NCBI GenBank assembly: GCA_028697875.1
Contig: JAQVEQ010000001.1
Coordinates: forward strand, 1 to 39,276
Direction of reading: 5' to 3'
DNA length: 39,276 nt
DNA from: Novosphingobium sp.
GTDB lineage: Bacteria > Pseudomonadota > Alphaproteobacteria > Sphingomonadales > Sphingomonadaceae
The position numbers and the translations under genes are program-made. Below are positions 10,526-20,028 of the stretch, piece by piece; the first letter of the stretch is position 1; every line of letters starts with the position of its first letter. A model generated the notes under the pieces. The model made no database searches, was not told the origin of the DNA, and worked only from the letters and a program-made list of their open reading frames with translations.

Positions 10526-10770
10526 TTTGGCCCCATAGTATGAAACGGGCGTGAAGGCAATTGCGCGGCTGCATGGGCCCCATATCCCGCGCTCATGGCC
10601 ATCGCGGTGCGGGCATTGGCCGGGGATGGGATCGTGCCTGGCCGCATTACCCGACTGGCGTGGAAGGAGCATGGTGAGGAGGGCGAAAGCCCCAGGCCGA
10701 TCCAGTATTGGCCGCAGCGTTTGTGACGCCTGCGGTTGTATGATCGCCGCGCTTGCGGCAAAGCGCCCCC

Positions 10771-11898
10771 ATGTCGGGTCCTTTTGCAGACCATGCCGCC
10801 GATCTCGCTGCCTTGGCGGAAAAAGCGCGGCTGCGTAGCTTGCGTCCGCGCGAAGGCGTGGACTTCGCCTCCAACGATTATCTCGGCCTTGCCGCCGATC
10901 CGCGCCTGAAACGGGCCATTGCGGAAGCGATGGAGCGCGGCGTGCCGGTCGGTTCGGGCGGGTCGCGCCTGCTGCGCGGCAACCACGCCGAGCACGAGGC
11001 GCTGGAGGCAGAGGCCGCCGCCTTCTTCGGCAGCGAAAGCGCGTTGTTCTTCGTCAACGGCTATGGCGCGAACTCCGCCCTTGTCGCGACTCTGCCGCAA
11101 AAGGGCGACGTGGTAGTCTACGACAAGCTGATCCACGCGAGCCTGCACGAAGGGCTGCGCCTGACCCGCGCCGACCGGGCAGTGGCCGAACACAACGATG
11201 CGCAAGGTTTCGCCGACGCGATCGCGCGCTGGCGGGCGAAGGGCGGCACGGGCCGGGTGTGGATCGCTGCCGAGAGCCTCTATTCGATGGACGGGGACAA
11301 GGCTCCGCTCGACGATCTGATGGCGCTGGCCGACGAACACGACGGCGTGCTGCTGGTCGATGAAGCACATGCGACGGGTGTGTTCGGCGAACGGGGCCGG
11401 GGGCTGGCGGCGCATCTGCAGGGGCGCGGCAACCTGATGACATTGCACACCTGCGGCAAGGCGCTGGGGTGCGAAGGGGCGCTGGTTTGCGCGCCGCGCG
11501 TGGTGAAAGATTTCCTCGTCAACCGGGCGCGCGGCTTCATTTTCTCGACCGCGCCGAGCCCGCTGATGGCCGCTGCCGTGCGCGAGGCATTGCGGATCTG
11601 CGCGGAGGAGCCGCAGCGGCGGGATCGTCTCGTATCGTTGATTTCCCATGCCGATTCGGTTCTTTCCCCGCTCGGCATCGCGCCGTCCGGTTCGCAGATC
11701 GTACCGATCGTTCTGGGGGAGGATGCCCGCGCGATGGCGGCGGCCGAGGCCATGCAGCGCGCCGGGTTCGACATTCGCGGCATCCGCCCGCCGACCGTGC
11801 CGGCGGGAACCGCACGCCTGCGCTTGTCGTTGACGCTGAACGCCACGCCGGAGGATGTCGACGCGCTGGCGGAAAATCTTGCGGGGGTGCTGTCATGA
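10771..11898 (+). CDS. bioF: 8-amino-7-oxononanoate synthase
   Basis: [44 protein letters not shown] (PLP lysine), IRPPTVP. Confidence 0.94.
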   Translation: MSGPFADHAADLAALAEKARLRSLRPREGVDFASNDYLGLAADPRLKRAIAEAMERGVPVGSGGSRLLRGNHAEHEALEAEAAAFFGSESALFFVNGYGANSALVATLPQKGDVVVYDKLIHASLHEGLRLTRADRAVAEHNDAQGFADAIARWRAKGGTGRVWIAAESLYSMDGDKAPLDDLMALADEHDGVLLVDEAHATGVFGERGRGLAAHLQGRGNLMTLHTCGKALGCEGALVCAPRVVKDFLVNRARGFIFSTAPSPLMAAAVREALRICAEEPQRRDRLVSLISHADSVLSPLGIAPSGSQIVPIVLGEDARAMAAAEAMQRAGFDIRGIRPPTVPAGTARLRLSLTLNATPEDVDALAENLAGVLS

Positions 11899-12503
11899 TG
11901 GGTTTTGCCGTCACCGGAACCGATACGGACGTGGGCAAGACGGTCTTTGCCGCCGGTCTCGCCGGGTATCTCGACGCCTGGTACTGGAAGCCGGTGCAGG
12001 CAGGGACGGAAGACGGGACCGACGCCTTGCGGGTCGCCGCCTTGTCCGGCCTGCCGCCCGAACGCATCCTGCCCGAAGCCTATCGCCTGACGACGCCCTG
12101 TTCCCCCCACCGCGCGGCGGAAATCGACGGCGTGCGGATCGAGGAGGCGGCGCTCGCCTTGCCCGAACAGCGGCCGCTGGTGGTCGAAGGGGCGGGGGGC
12201 GCGCTGGTTCCCTTGCGCCACGACCTGCTTGTCGCGGACCAGATCGCCAGCTGGGGCCTGCCTGCCATCGTGGTCGCGCGCACGACGCTGGGCACGATCA
12301 ACCATTCGCTGATGACAGTGGAGGTTCTGCGCGCGCGCGGCGTGACCGTACACGGGGTCGCCTTCGTCGGCGACGCGAACGAGGACAGCGAAGCGACCAT
12401 CTGCCGCATCGGCCGGGTCCGGCGGCTGGGGCGGCTGCCGTTCCTCGATCCGCTCGACGCGCCCAGTCTCGCCCGCGCCTTTGCCGAAGGGATCTGCCTG
12501 TGA
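11895..12503 (+). CDS. bioD: Dethiobiotin synthetase
   Basis: TGTDTDVGKT P-loop, YWKPVQAG, VEGAGG, LGTINHSL. ATGA overlap with bioF. Confidence 0.95.
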   Translation: MMGFAVTGTDTDVGKTVFAAGLAGYLDAWYWKPVQAGTEDGTDALRVAALSGLPPERILPEAYRLTTPCSPHRAAEIDGVRIEEAALALPEQRPLVVEGAGGALVPLRHDLLVADQIASWGLPAIVVARTTLGTINHSLMTVEVLRARGVTVHGVAFVGDANEDSEATICRIGRVRRLGRLPFLDPLDAPSLARAFAEGICL

Positions 12504-13762
12504 GCGGTTCGCCTGTCTGGCATGCCTTCACCCAGCATGGGCTGGGCGAGCCGATTCCGCTGGTCACCCATGCGGAAGGGGCGGCGCTGTTCACTGCCGA
12601 CGGGCGGCGGATCGTCGATGCCATTTCGAGCTGGTGGGTGACGACGCACGGTCATTGCTACCCGCGCGTGATGGAGGCGATCCGCGCCCAGACCGGCAAG
12701 CTGGACCAGCTGATCTTCGCCGGCTGGACCCACGAACCGGCCGAAGAGGTCGCGCGCGGCCTCACTGCGATCATGCCGCCGGAACTGACCCGCGTGTTCT
12801 TTTCCGATTCCGGATCGACCTGCGTCGAAGTCGCGCTGAAGATGGCGCTGGGCTACTGGGCCAACCGGGGCGAGGCGCGTCACCGGATCGTGGTGATGGA
12901 ACACAGTTACCACGGTGACACGATCGGGGCGATGTCGGTCGGTGCGCGGGGCGTGTTCAACGCCGCCTATGCGCCGCTGCTGTTCGATGTCGGGCGGGTG
13001 CCGTTCCCTGGCGAGCCGCAGGCGGCGCTTGACGCGCTGGAGGCGGAATGCCGCGCGGGCGCGGCGGCCTTCATTGTCGAGCCGCTGGTCCTCGGTGCGG
13101 GCGGGATGCTGATGTACGGCCCGCTCCTGCTCGCCGAAATGCGCGCCATCTGCGAGGCATACGGGACGCTGTTCATTGCCGACGAAGTGATGACCGGGTG
13201 GGGGCGCACCGGCACCCTGCTGGCCTGCGAACAGGCCGGGGTCGCGCCCGACCTCCTCTGTCTGTCCAAGGGGCTGACGGGCGGGGCGCTGCCGCTTGCC
13301 GTGACCATGGCGAGCGAGCCGATCTGGGACGCGCACTATTCGACCGACCGGTCGCTGACCTTCTTCCATTCCTCCAGCTACACGGCGAACCCGATCGCCT
13401 GCGCGGCGGCGGCGGAAAACCTTGCCGTGTGGCGCGAGGAGCCGGTGCTCGACCGAGCGGCGGCGCTCGGCGTGCGCCAGCGCGACCGGCTCGCGGCGCT
13501 GGAAGGCCACCCGGCCGTGGCCAATCCGCGCCGTTGCGGAACGATCGCGGCGATGGAACTGGGCGGGGGCGACGCGGCCTATCTTTCCGACCTGGGGCCG
13601 CGCCTGCTGGCTCATTTCCGCGAGGCGGGCGTGCTGCTGCGGCCGCTGGGCAATACCGTCTACGTCATGCCGCCCTATTGCATCGGGGAAGACGATCTCG
13701 ACGCCATTTACGCCGCCATCCGTTCGGCGGCCGATGCCATCGCGGCGGGCAGGTTCAGCTAA
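12500..13762 (+). CDS. bioA: Adenosylmethionine--8-amino-7-oxononanoate aminotransferase
   Basis: DAISSWWVTTHGH, SDSGSTCVEVALKMA, YHGDT, ADEVMTGWGRTG, SKGLTGG, LRPLGN. GTGA overlap with bioD. Confidence 0.95.
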   Translation: MSGSPVWHAFTQHGLGEPIPLVTHAEGAALFTADGRRIVDAISSWWVTTHGHCYPRVMEAIRAQTGKLDQLIFAGWTHEPAEEVARGLTAIMPPELTRVFFSDSGSTCVEVALKMALGYWANRGEARHRIVVMEHSYHGDTIGAMSVGARGVFNAAYAPLLFDVGRVPFPGEPQAALDALEAECRAGAAAFIVEPLVLGAGGMLMYGPLLLAEMRAICEAYGTLFIADEVMTGWGRTGTLLACEQAGVAPDLLCLSKGLTGGALPLAVTMASEPIWDAHYSTDRSLTFFHSSSYTANPIACAAAAENLAVWREEPVLDRAAALGVRQRDRLAALEGHPAVANPRRCGTIAAMELGGGDAAYLSDLGPRLLAHFREAGVLLRPLGNTVYVMPPYCIGEDDLDAIYAAIRSAADAIAAGRFS

Positions 13763-15221
13763 GCCGGCCGTCCGCGCCGATCACTCTCACGGCCGGTTCC
13801 AGCCCGAGCACTTGGGCCAGGGCCTTGAGATCCTTTTCCGTGCGGTTGGTGAACAGGACGCTGGCCGGTTTGCGCATGGCGAGCACCAGTTGCCCTTCTT
13901 CGACCGACAGCGCGCTTTGCGCCAGCGCTTCGGGGCTTTCGGCACTGAACCGGCGGCACAGCCGGATGGCGAGGCCCCAGGCGCGCCCTTCGTGCAGGCT
14001 GGCGGGCGTGGCGATCCGTTCAAGCTCCGGAAGCTGCGCGTTGCGCCCGGCATTGGCGCAGACGGCGGCGGCGATCATCGCGCGCCCTTCTCCGTCGAGG
14101 CCGACCCAGCGTTTGCGCAGGGCCCATTCGACCGCTTCTTCTGCGCGCAGGTTCGGTTCCGTGCGGTGGGCGGCCAGCGCCAGCATGGTCGCGGCAAGGC
14201 GCAGGCGCTTGCGCCCTTCGCCGGCGGCGGGCGAGGCCAGCGCCGTCCAGCGCGCGACCAGTTCGGCGAACTGCGACGGGCTGCCGAGCACTTCGGTAAA
14301 GTCCCTGACCCCGGACAGCAGCGGGTCTTCCGCCTGCTGGTGACGGCTGAGCTGGCGGTAGAGCAGCCCTTCGCGCAGGCCCCAGGACGAAAAGACGACG
14401 CTTCTCGGTTTCAGTTCGCCCATCAGCGCACCCAGCAGGGCCGCCGTGTCGGGCAGCATGGCAAGGCGCGAGGACGAAACCATCGGGGTGTCCGTCGCCA
14501 GCTTGCCCTGTTCCATTTCCCCGCACAGCGCCAGCGCGTCCCCGGGCGACATGGTGAAGCCGTGCGGGTCGTCGAACGGCCATTCCAGCTTGTGCATGGC
14601 GTAATGCGCCAATGCGCGGTGCGAGCCGCCGACGAGGTAAAGCGGCAGGTCTTCACCGCCCGCCCAGTCCGCGGCATCGAGCAGCTTGCATACCCGGCGG
14701 GTGAATTTCGCGCTGCCGCCTTCGCGCATCTGCGGCAGGCGCAGGGTGCCGAGCGGCAGGCTGGTGCCGTGTTCGCACGTTCCGCCGTCGATATCGACCA
14801 GTTCCAGGCTGCCGCCGCCGATGTCGGCGACGATCCCTTTCGCGCCGGGAAAGGCGGCGATCACGCCGGTGGCGCTGGCCAGGGCTTCTTCCTCGCCGGA
14901 GAGCTGGCGCACGTCGAGCCCCAGCGCGCGCACGGCGTCGAGGAACTGCGCCCCGTTTTCCGCATCGCGCGAGGCGGCGGTGGCCACCGTTTCCACCTGT
15001 TCGACCTTGCGCAGGCGCAGGATCGCGGCATAGCGGGCGAGCGCGGCGAGTGCGGCCTGCATCGCCTTGTCGGCCAGCAGCCCGTTTTCGGCCACGCCCT
15101 TGCCGAGTCTGGCGGAAACCTTTTCGTTGAGCAGCACTGACGGCGCCCGGGCCGGTCCTCCGAAAATGACCAGCCGGACGGTGTTGGAGCCGATATCGAT
15201 AACTGCGCGTTCGGCGTTCAT
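13755..15221 (-). CDS. ppx: Exopolyphosphatase, Ppx/GppA family
   Basis: IDIGSNTVRLV, ATAASRDAEN, LSGEEEA, DIGGGSLEL, GLREG. Downstream of ppk1. Confidence 0.92.
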   Translation of the reverse strand: MNAERAVIDIGSNTVRLVIFGGPARAPSVLLNEKVSARLGKGVAENGLLADKAMQAALAALARYAAILRLRKVEQVETVATAASRDAENGAQFLDAVRALGLDVRQLSGEEEALASATGVIAAFPGAKGIVADIGGGSLELVDIDGGTCEHGTSLPLGTLRLPQMREGGSAKFTRRVCKLLDAADWAGGEDLPLYLVGGSHRALAHYAMHKLEWPFDDPHGFTMSPGDALALCGEMEQGKLATDTPMVSSSRLAMLPDTAALLGALMGELKPRSVVFSSWGLREGLLYRQLSRHQQAEDPLLSGVRDFTEVLGSPSQFAELVARWTALASPAAGEGRKRLRLAATMLALAAHRTEPNLRAEEAVEWALRKRWVGLDGEGRAMIAAAVCANAGRNAQLPELERIATPASLHEGRAWGLAIRLCRRFSAESPEALAQSALSVEEGQLVLAMRKPASVLFTNRTEKDLKALAQVLGLEPAVRVIGADGRLS

Positions 15222-15267
15222 CGCGCCGCCTGCATGCCGGGGAAGGGGCCGCCAGCGGTACCGGCGG

Positions 15268-17442
15268 TCAGGCGGCCCCCCGCCGCAGCGACAGCTTGGG
15301 CACCTTGCGCCCCCTGGCCAGCGCCGCACCGCGGCCCGAAAGCGAGGGGTTGGTCATGAAATAGCGGTGCAGGTTGAATGGTTCTTCGCCCTTGTCCATC
15401 CGGTGGTAAGTCCCGTCAGGCTCCAGCAGCCAGCTCTGCTCGGTGTCAAGCAGGTTCGCCACCATAACCTGGTCCAGCACCTGGTCATGCACGGTCTTGT
15501 TGCGGATCGGCACCAGCAGTTCGACGCGCCGGTCGAGATTACGGCTCATCCCGTCGGCCGAGGAAATGAACACTTCCGCCTTGGGATTGGGCAGGGGCGC
15601 CCCGGCGGCAAAGGCCCAGATCCGGCTGTGTTCGAGGAAACGGCCGATCACGGACTTGACCGCGATGTTTTCCGACAGGCCGGGAATGCCGGGCCTGAGA
15701 CAGCAGATGCCGCGTATCACCAGGTTGATTTCGACCCCGGCGTTGCTGGCGGCATAGAGCCGGTCGATCAGCCCGTCGTCGGTCAGCTGGTTCATTTTCG
15801 CCCAGATCGCGGCCGGCTTGCCCGCTTGCGCGTTGGCGATCTCGCGGTCGATGCATTCGTACAGCTTGTCGCGCAGGCCGATGGGCGAAATGGTCAGCAG
15901 TTCCATCTCGCGCGGTTCGACATAGCCGGTGATGAAATTGAACAGCCGCCCCGCGTCGCGCCCGGCCTTGGGATCGGCAGTGAAGAAGCTGAGGTCGGTA
16001 TAGATCCGCGCCGTGACCGGGTGGTAGTTGCCGGTCCCGAAATGGCAGTAAGTGCGGTAGCCGTCTTCCTCGCGCCGCACGACCATGGAAACCTTGGCGT
16101 GGGTCTTCCAGTCGACGAAGCCGTAGATCACCTGCACCCCGGCGCGTTCGAGCTGGCTTGCCCAGAGGAGGTTCTGTTCCTCGTCGAAACGGGCCTTGAG
16201 CTCGACCACGGCCGTGACCGACTTGCCCGCCTCCGCCGCGGCGATCAGCGCGGCGATCACGGCCGACTGCTTGCCCGCGCGGTAAAGCGTCTGCTTGATC
16301 GCGACGACATCCGGGTCGGCGGCCGCCTGGCGCAGGAAATCGATCACCACCTCGAAGCTTTCGTAGGGGTGGTGGATGACGATGTCCTTTTCGCGGATCG
16401 CGGCGAAGCAGTCGCCGTCGTGTTCCTTGATCCGTTCCGGGTAGCGCGGGCTGTAGGGTTCGAACTTGAGATCGGGGCGGTCTTCGTCGGCGATCGCGGA
16501 AAGCCCCGCCATGCCGACCAGCCCGCCGGTCTTGATGACCATCGCCTGGTCGAGGCGCAGCTGTTCGCGCAGCAGGTGTTCGGCCGCCTGGTCGAAATCG
16601 CCCTGCAACTGGAGGACGATGACCTTGCCGCGCCGCCGCCGCTGGATCGCGGTGCGGTAGTAACGGACGAGGTCCTCCGCGTCTTCCTCCACCTCGATGT
16701 CGCTGTCGCGCAGCACGCGGAACACGCCGTTTCCTTCGACCCGGAAGCCGGGGAACAGCAGTTCGGCGTTACGGGCGATCAGGTTTTCGATGCTGACATA
16801 GATCGCCCTGTCGCCCGGGACGCGCAGGAAGCGCGGCAGGGCGGCGGGAATCATCACCATCTCCATCACCGGCGCGCCGTCCGCGATGCGGGTCAGGGAA
16901 AAGAGGATGCCCATCCCCAGGTTGGCGATGAAGGGGAAGGGGTGAGCCGGGTCGATCGCCTGCGGCGTGATGACCGGCAGGACCGTGTCGAGGAAATGGG
17001 TCTTCAGCCAGTCGATCTGAGCCTGGTCGAACGGCTGGTCGTCGGCGACGACGATGTCTTCGTTGGCCAGCAGGCCCTGGAGTTCCTGCCACACCGCCTG
17101 CTGCGCGGTCTGCAGGTCGATCACCGTCTCGCGGACGGCGGCGAGCTGTTGCGACGGGGTGAGGCCGTCGATCGAGATTTCCTCGATATGGCGTTCCACC
17201 TGCCCGGCCAGCCCGGCGACGCGAACCATGGTGAATTCGTCGAGGTTGTTGCCGGAGATCGAAAGGAAACGCAGCCGTTCGAGCAGCGGGTAATCGGTGT
17301 TGCAGGCTTCGTCGAGCACCCGCCGGTTGAAGCTGAGCCAGCTCAACTCGCGGTTGAAGAAGCGGTTCCCGCCTTCGGGGATTGCCAGTGGTGCGGGTTC
17401 GTCCGCGCCGGTGCTGTTCGAATCGATGTCTTGGCGTTCCAT
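15268..17442 (-). CDS. ppk1: Polyphosphate kinase 1
   Basis: FFNRELSWLSFNRRVL, PAHPFPFI, HHPYESF, IKQTLYR, ELKARFDEE, KTHAK, GTGNY, RFLEHSR, RNLDRRVE. Confidence 0.97.
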   Translation of the reverse strand: MERQDIDSNSTGADEPAPLAIPEGGNRFFNRELSWLSFNRRVLDEACNTDYPLLERLRFLSISGNNLDEFTMVRVAGLAGQVERHIEEISIDGLTPSQQLAAVRETVIDLQTAQQAVWQELQGLLANEDIVVADDQPFDQAQIDWLKTHFLDTVLPVITPQAIDPAHPFPFIANLGMGILFSLTRIADGAPVMEMVMIPAALPRFLRVPGDRAIYVSIENLIARNAELLFPGFRVEGNGVFRVLRDSDIEVEEDAEDLVRYYRTAIQRRRRGKVIVLQLQGDFDQAAEHLLREQLRLDQAMVIKTGGLVGMAGLSAIADEDRPDLKFEPYSPRYPERIKEHDGDCFAAIREKDIVIHHPYESFEVVIDFLRQAAADPDVVAIKQTLYRAGKQSAVIAALIAAAEAGKSVTAVVELKARFDEEQNLLWASQLERAGVQVIYGFVDWKTHAKVSMVVRREEDGYRTYCHFGTGNYHPVTARIYTDLSFFTADPKAGRDAGRLFNFITGYVEPREMELLTISPIGLRDKLYECIDREIANAQAGKPAAIWAKMNQLTDDGLIDRLYAASNAGVEINLVIRGICCLRPGIPGLSENIAVKSVIGRFLEHSRIWAFAAGAPLPNPKAEVFISSADGMSRNLDRRVELLVPIRNKTVHDQVLDQVMVANLLDTEQSWLLEPDGTYHRMDKGEEPFNLHRYFMTNPSLSGRGAALARGRKVPKLSLRRGAA

Positions 17443-17468
17443 AGCGGTCAGTCGCATCGGTCGTTGCT

Positions 17469-17486
17469 GTTACATTCCGATGACAT
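17469..17486 (-). promoter_or_regulatory. Putative Pho box (PhoB site) upstream of ppk1-ppx
   Basis: Minus strand reads ATGTCAT-CGGA-ATGTAAC: two TGTCA-like half sites at 11-bp period, about 27 nt upstream of the ppk1 start. Confidence 0.65.
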
Positions 17487-17628
17487 GGGGGCACCCGGCG
17501 CGAATGCAAAGGGGGTTCCCGGGCATTTCCGGGGTTAATTCCGCAAGCGTGCGGAATGCGGTGGACGGCAGGCGAAAACCTGCGCACCTTTGCGGCGCAA
17601 ATCATGCCTTGCGGGAGAGGACGAAGGA

Positions 17629-18132
17629 ATGGCGGCGACACTGGCCGAACTGGAACGGCGGCTGCACCGGGCCGAGGCGCGGCTCGCGATCATGGCGCTG
17701 GAAGCCGAATATGCGCGCAGCTGGGATGCCGGAGACGCCCGGGCCTGGGCGGCGCTGTTCACGGCGGACGGGGTGTTCGACATGGCGGCGGTGGGGGCCA
17801 ACCCCCGTTCGGTCATGCGCGGAACGGCGGAACTGGAGGGATTCTGCCGCCAGGTCGATTCCATCTATCGAGGCCTGCACTTCATGCACTTGCCGTGGCT
17901 GGACATCGGCGAGGAGACGGCGCGCGGGCGGCTCCATTTCCAGTGGATCGGCCTGCAACATGCCGGGGCCGGCCATTTCGGGCGGCGCGACGCCTCGGGT
18001 TACTACGATGTCACATATGCGCTGGCCGATGGCGAATGGAAGATCCGCCATCGCCTGGAAAAGGCGATAACCGGGACCGTGGCCGAGCATTTCGACGTCT
18101 ACCTCGCACCCGAACCCCTGCCGCCGGAGTAA
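17629..18132 (+). CDS. SnoaL-like (NTF2-fold) protein
   Basis: RBS AAGGA. LEAEYARSWDAGDARAWAALFTADG, GYYDVTY and GEWKIRHR are typical of the SnoaL_4/BaiE/LinA-like group. Confidence 0.8.
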   Translation: MAATLAELERRLHRAEARLAIMALEAEYARSWDAGDARAWAALFTADGVFDMAAVGANPRSVMRGTAELEGFCRQVDSIYRGLHFMHLPWLDIGEETARGRLHFQWIGLQHAGAGHFGRRDASGYYDVTYALADGEWKIRHRLEKAITGTVAEHFDVYLAPEPLPPE

Positions 18133-18157
18133 GCCGGGACGCCGGGTGCCCGGTGGC

Positions 18158-19930
18158 TCATCCGTCGGCGAACTGCGCGATCACTTCGAGGAATGCCGGG
18201 CCGTAGACTTCGCGCTTGCGCGTGCCGATGCCGCTGATGTGGGCGAGGTCGGCGTCGGACCGGGGACGCTTGGCGGCAAGGTCGCGCAAGGTGCTGTCGT
18301 GGCACACGACATAGGGCGGGACCCCGGCTTCCGTCGCCAGGTCCCGCCGCAGGGCGCGCAGGGCGTCGAACAGCGGATCGCCGACCGGGTTGGCTTCCCC
18401 ATTGGCCCGCTTGCCCCGGCGGGTGCGGACAGGCGGCAGGACGAGCGCAACCGCTTCCTCCCCCCGCAGGAACGCGCGGGCCGTGGGGCCCAGAACCAGC
18501 CCGCCATGCTCGTTCGTCTCCAGCGCGTCGCGGACCATGAGCGCGCGGGCGGCAGGCTTGAGCAAGTGCGCTTCTTCCGCCCCGACAATCCCGAAGACGG
18601 ACAGCCGGTCGTGCCCGCGCTGGACGACCCGGTCGTTCGCCTTGCCGGTCAGCACCGCCTCGATATGGCCAAGGCCGAAGCTCTGGCCGGTGCGGTAGAC
18701 GGCCGACAGCAGCTTCTGCGCGGTTTCCGTCGCGTCGGCGCAGGCGGGCGGCGTCAGGCAGTTGTCGCAATTGCCGCAAGTGGCGGGCGGATTCTCCCCG
18801 AAGTGGCGGAGGAGGACGGCGCGGCGGCAGCCGGCGGTTTCGACCAGCCCGCCCAGCGCGGAAATGCGCGCGCGTTCGCCCTGCTGGCGGGCCGGGTCGA
18901 CTTCCGCGACGCGCTGGTGCGCGCGGACGAAATCCTCCGGTCCCCATAACAGCGTGGCCATGGCCGGTTCGCCGTCGCGGCCCGCACGGCCGCTTTCCTG
19001 GTAATAGCTCTCGATCGACTTGGGCAGCCCGGCATGGACGACGAAACGGACGTCGGGCTTGTCGGTCCCCATGCCGAACGCGACGGTGGCGACCATCACC
19101 ATGTCCTCGCTGTCGAGAAAGGCAGCCTGGTTGGCGGCGCGCACGGCGGGGTCGAGCCCGGCGTGATAGGGCAGGACCGGGCGCCCCTTGCCGCCGAGGC
19201 TTTCGGCCAGCCGTTCGGTCATGGCGCGGGTCTGGGCATAGACGATGCCGGGGCCGGGATTGGCGGCCAGCACGTCCGCAAGCTGCCGGGTCAGCCCGTC
19301 GCGCGGCTGCACGGCGTAACGGATGTTGGGCCGGTCGAAGCCGGAAACGATCAGCCCGTCTTCCGGCAGGCCGAGCTGGGTGAGAATGTCGGACCGCGTA
19401 TGCCCGTCCGCCGTCGCGGTCAGCGCCAGGCGGGGGACTTGGGGGAAGGCGTCCAGCAAGGGGCGCAGCAGGCGGTAGTCGGGGCGGAAATCGTGCCCCC
19501 ATTCGGAAACGCAGTGTGCTTCGTCGATGGCGAACAGGCAGATGCGGGAGCGTTCGAGCAGGCTGCGGAAACCTTCGCCGCTTGCCCGTTCGGGGGCGGC
19601 GTAGAGCAGGTCCAGCTCGCCCGCGACCAGCCGGTCCTGCGTTTCGCGCCAGTCGGCGTCGGCAGAGGTCAGGCTGGCTGCCCTGATGCCCAATGCGCGG
19701 GCCGAGCGCAGCTGGTCGTGCATCAGCGCGATCAGCGGCGAAATCACCACGCAGCATCCCGGCAGCGCCACGGCGGGCAACTGGTAGCAGAGCGACTTGC
19801 CCGCGCCGGTCGGCATGATAGCCAGCGTGCCCTGCCCGGACAGGACCCGGCCGATCACCCGTTCCTGCACCCCGCGGAAGGATTCGAAGCCGAAAACGTC
19901 GTGGAGGAGAGTAGCGGGATCGGGAAGCAT
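18158..19930 (-). CDS. recQ: ATP-dependent DNA helicase RecQ
   Basis: MPTGAGKSLCYQ, DEAHCVSEWGHDFRP, YYQESGRAGRDG, Zn-binding CRR…CGNCDNC, RQC and HRDC domains. Confidence 0.96.
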   Translation of the reverse strand: MLPDPATLLHDVFGFESFRGVQERVIGRVLSGQGTLAIMPTGAGKSLCYQLPAVALPGCCVVISPLIALMHDQLRSARALGIRAASLTSADADWRETQDRLVAGELDLLYAAPERASGEGFRSLLERSRICLFAIDEAHCVSEWGHDFRPDYRLLRPLLDAFPQVPRLALTATADGHTRSDILTQLGLPEDGLIVSGFDRPNIRYAVQPRDGLTRQLADVLAANPGPGIVYAQTRAMTERLAESLGGKGRPVLPYHAGLDPAVRAANQAAFLDSEDMVMVATVAFGMGTDKPDVRFVVHAGLPKSIESYYQESGRAGRDGEPAMATLLWGPEDFVRAHQRVAEVDPARQQGERARISALGGLVETAGCRRAVLLRHFGENPPATCGNCDNCLTPPACADATETAQKLLSAVYRTGQSFGLGHIEAVLTGKANDRVVQRGHDRLSVFGIVGAEEAHLLKPAARALMVRDALETNEHGGLVLGPTARAFLRGEEAVALVLPPVRTRRGKRANGEANPVGDPLFDALRALRRDLATEAGVPPYVVCHDSTLRDLAAKRPRSDADLAHISGIGTRKREVYGPAFLEVIAQFADG

Positions 19931-20028
19931 CGTCCGGCCTATAGAGAGCTTGCCGCCATCCGCCTAGCGGCCAGCCCGGCTTGTCGGCCGGTCACGGCCG
20001 TTCTGTGCCGGGGGCCATCGCTCCTGCG

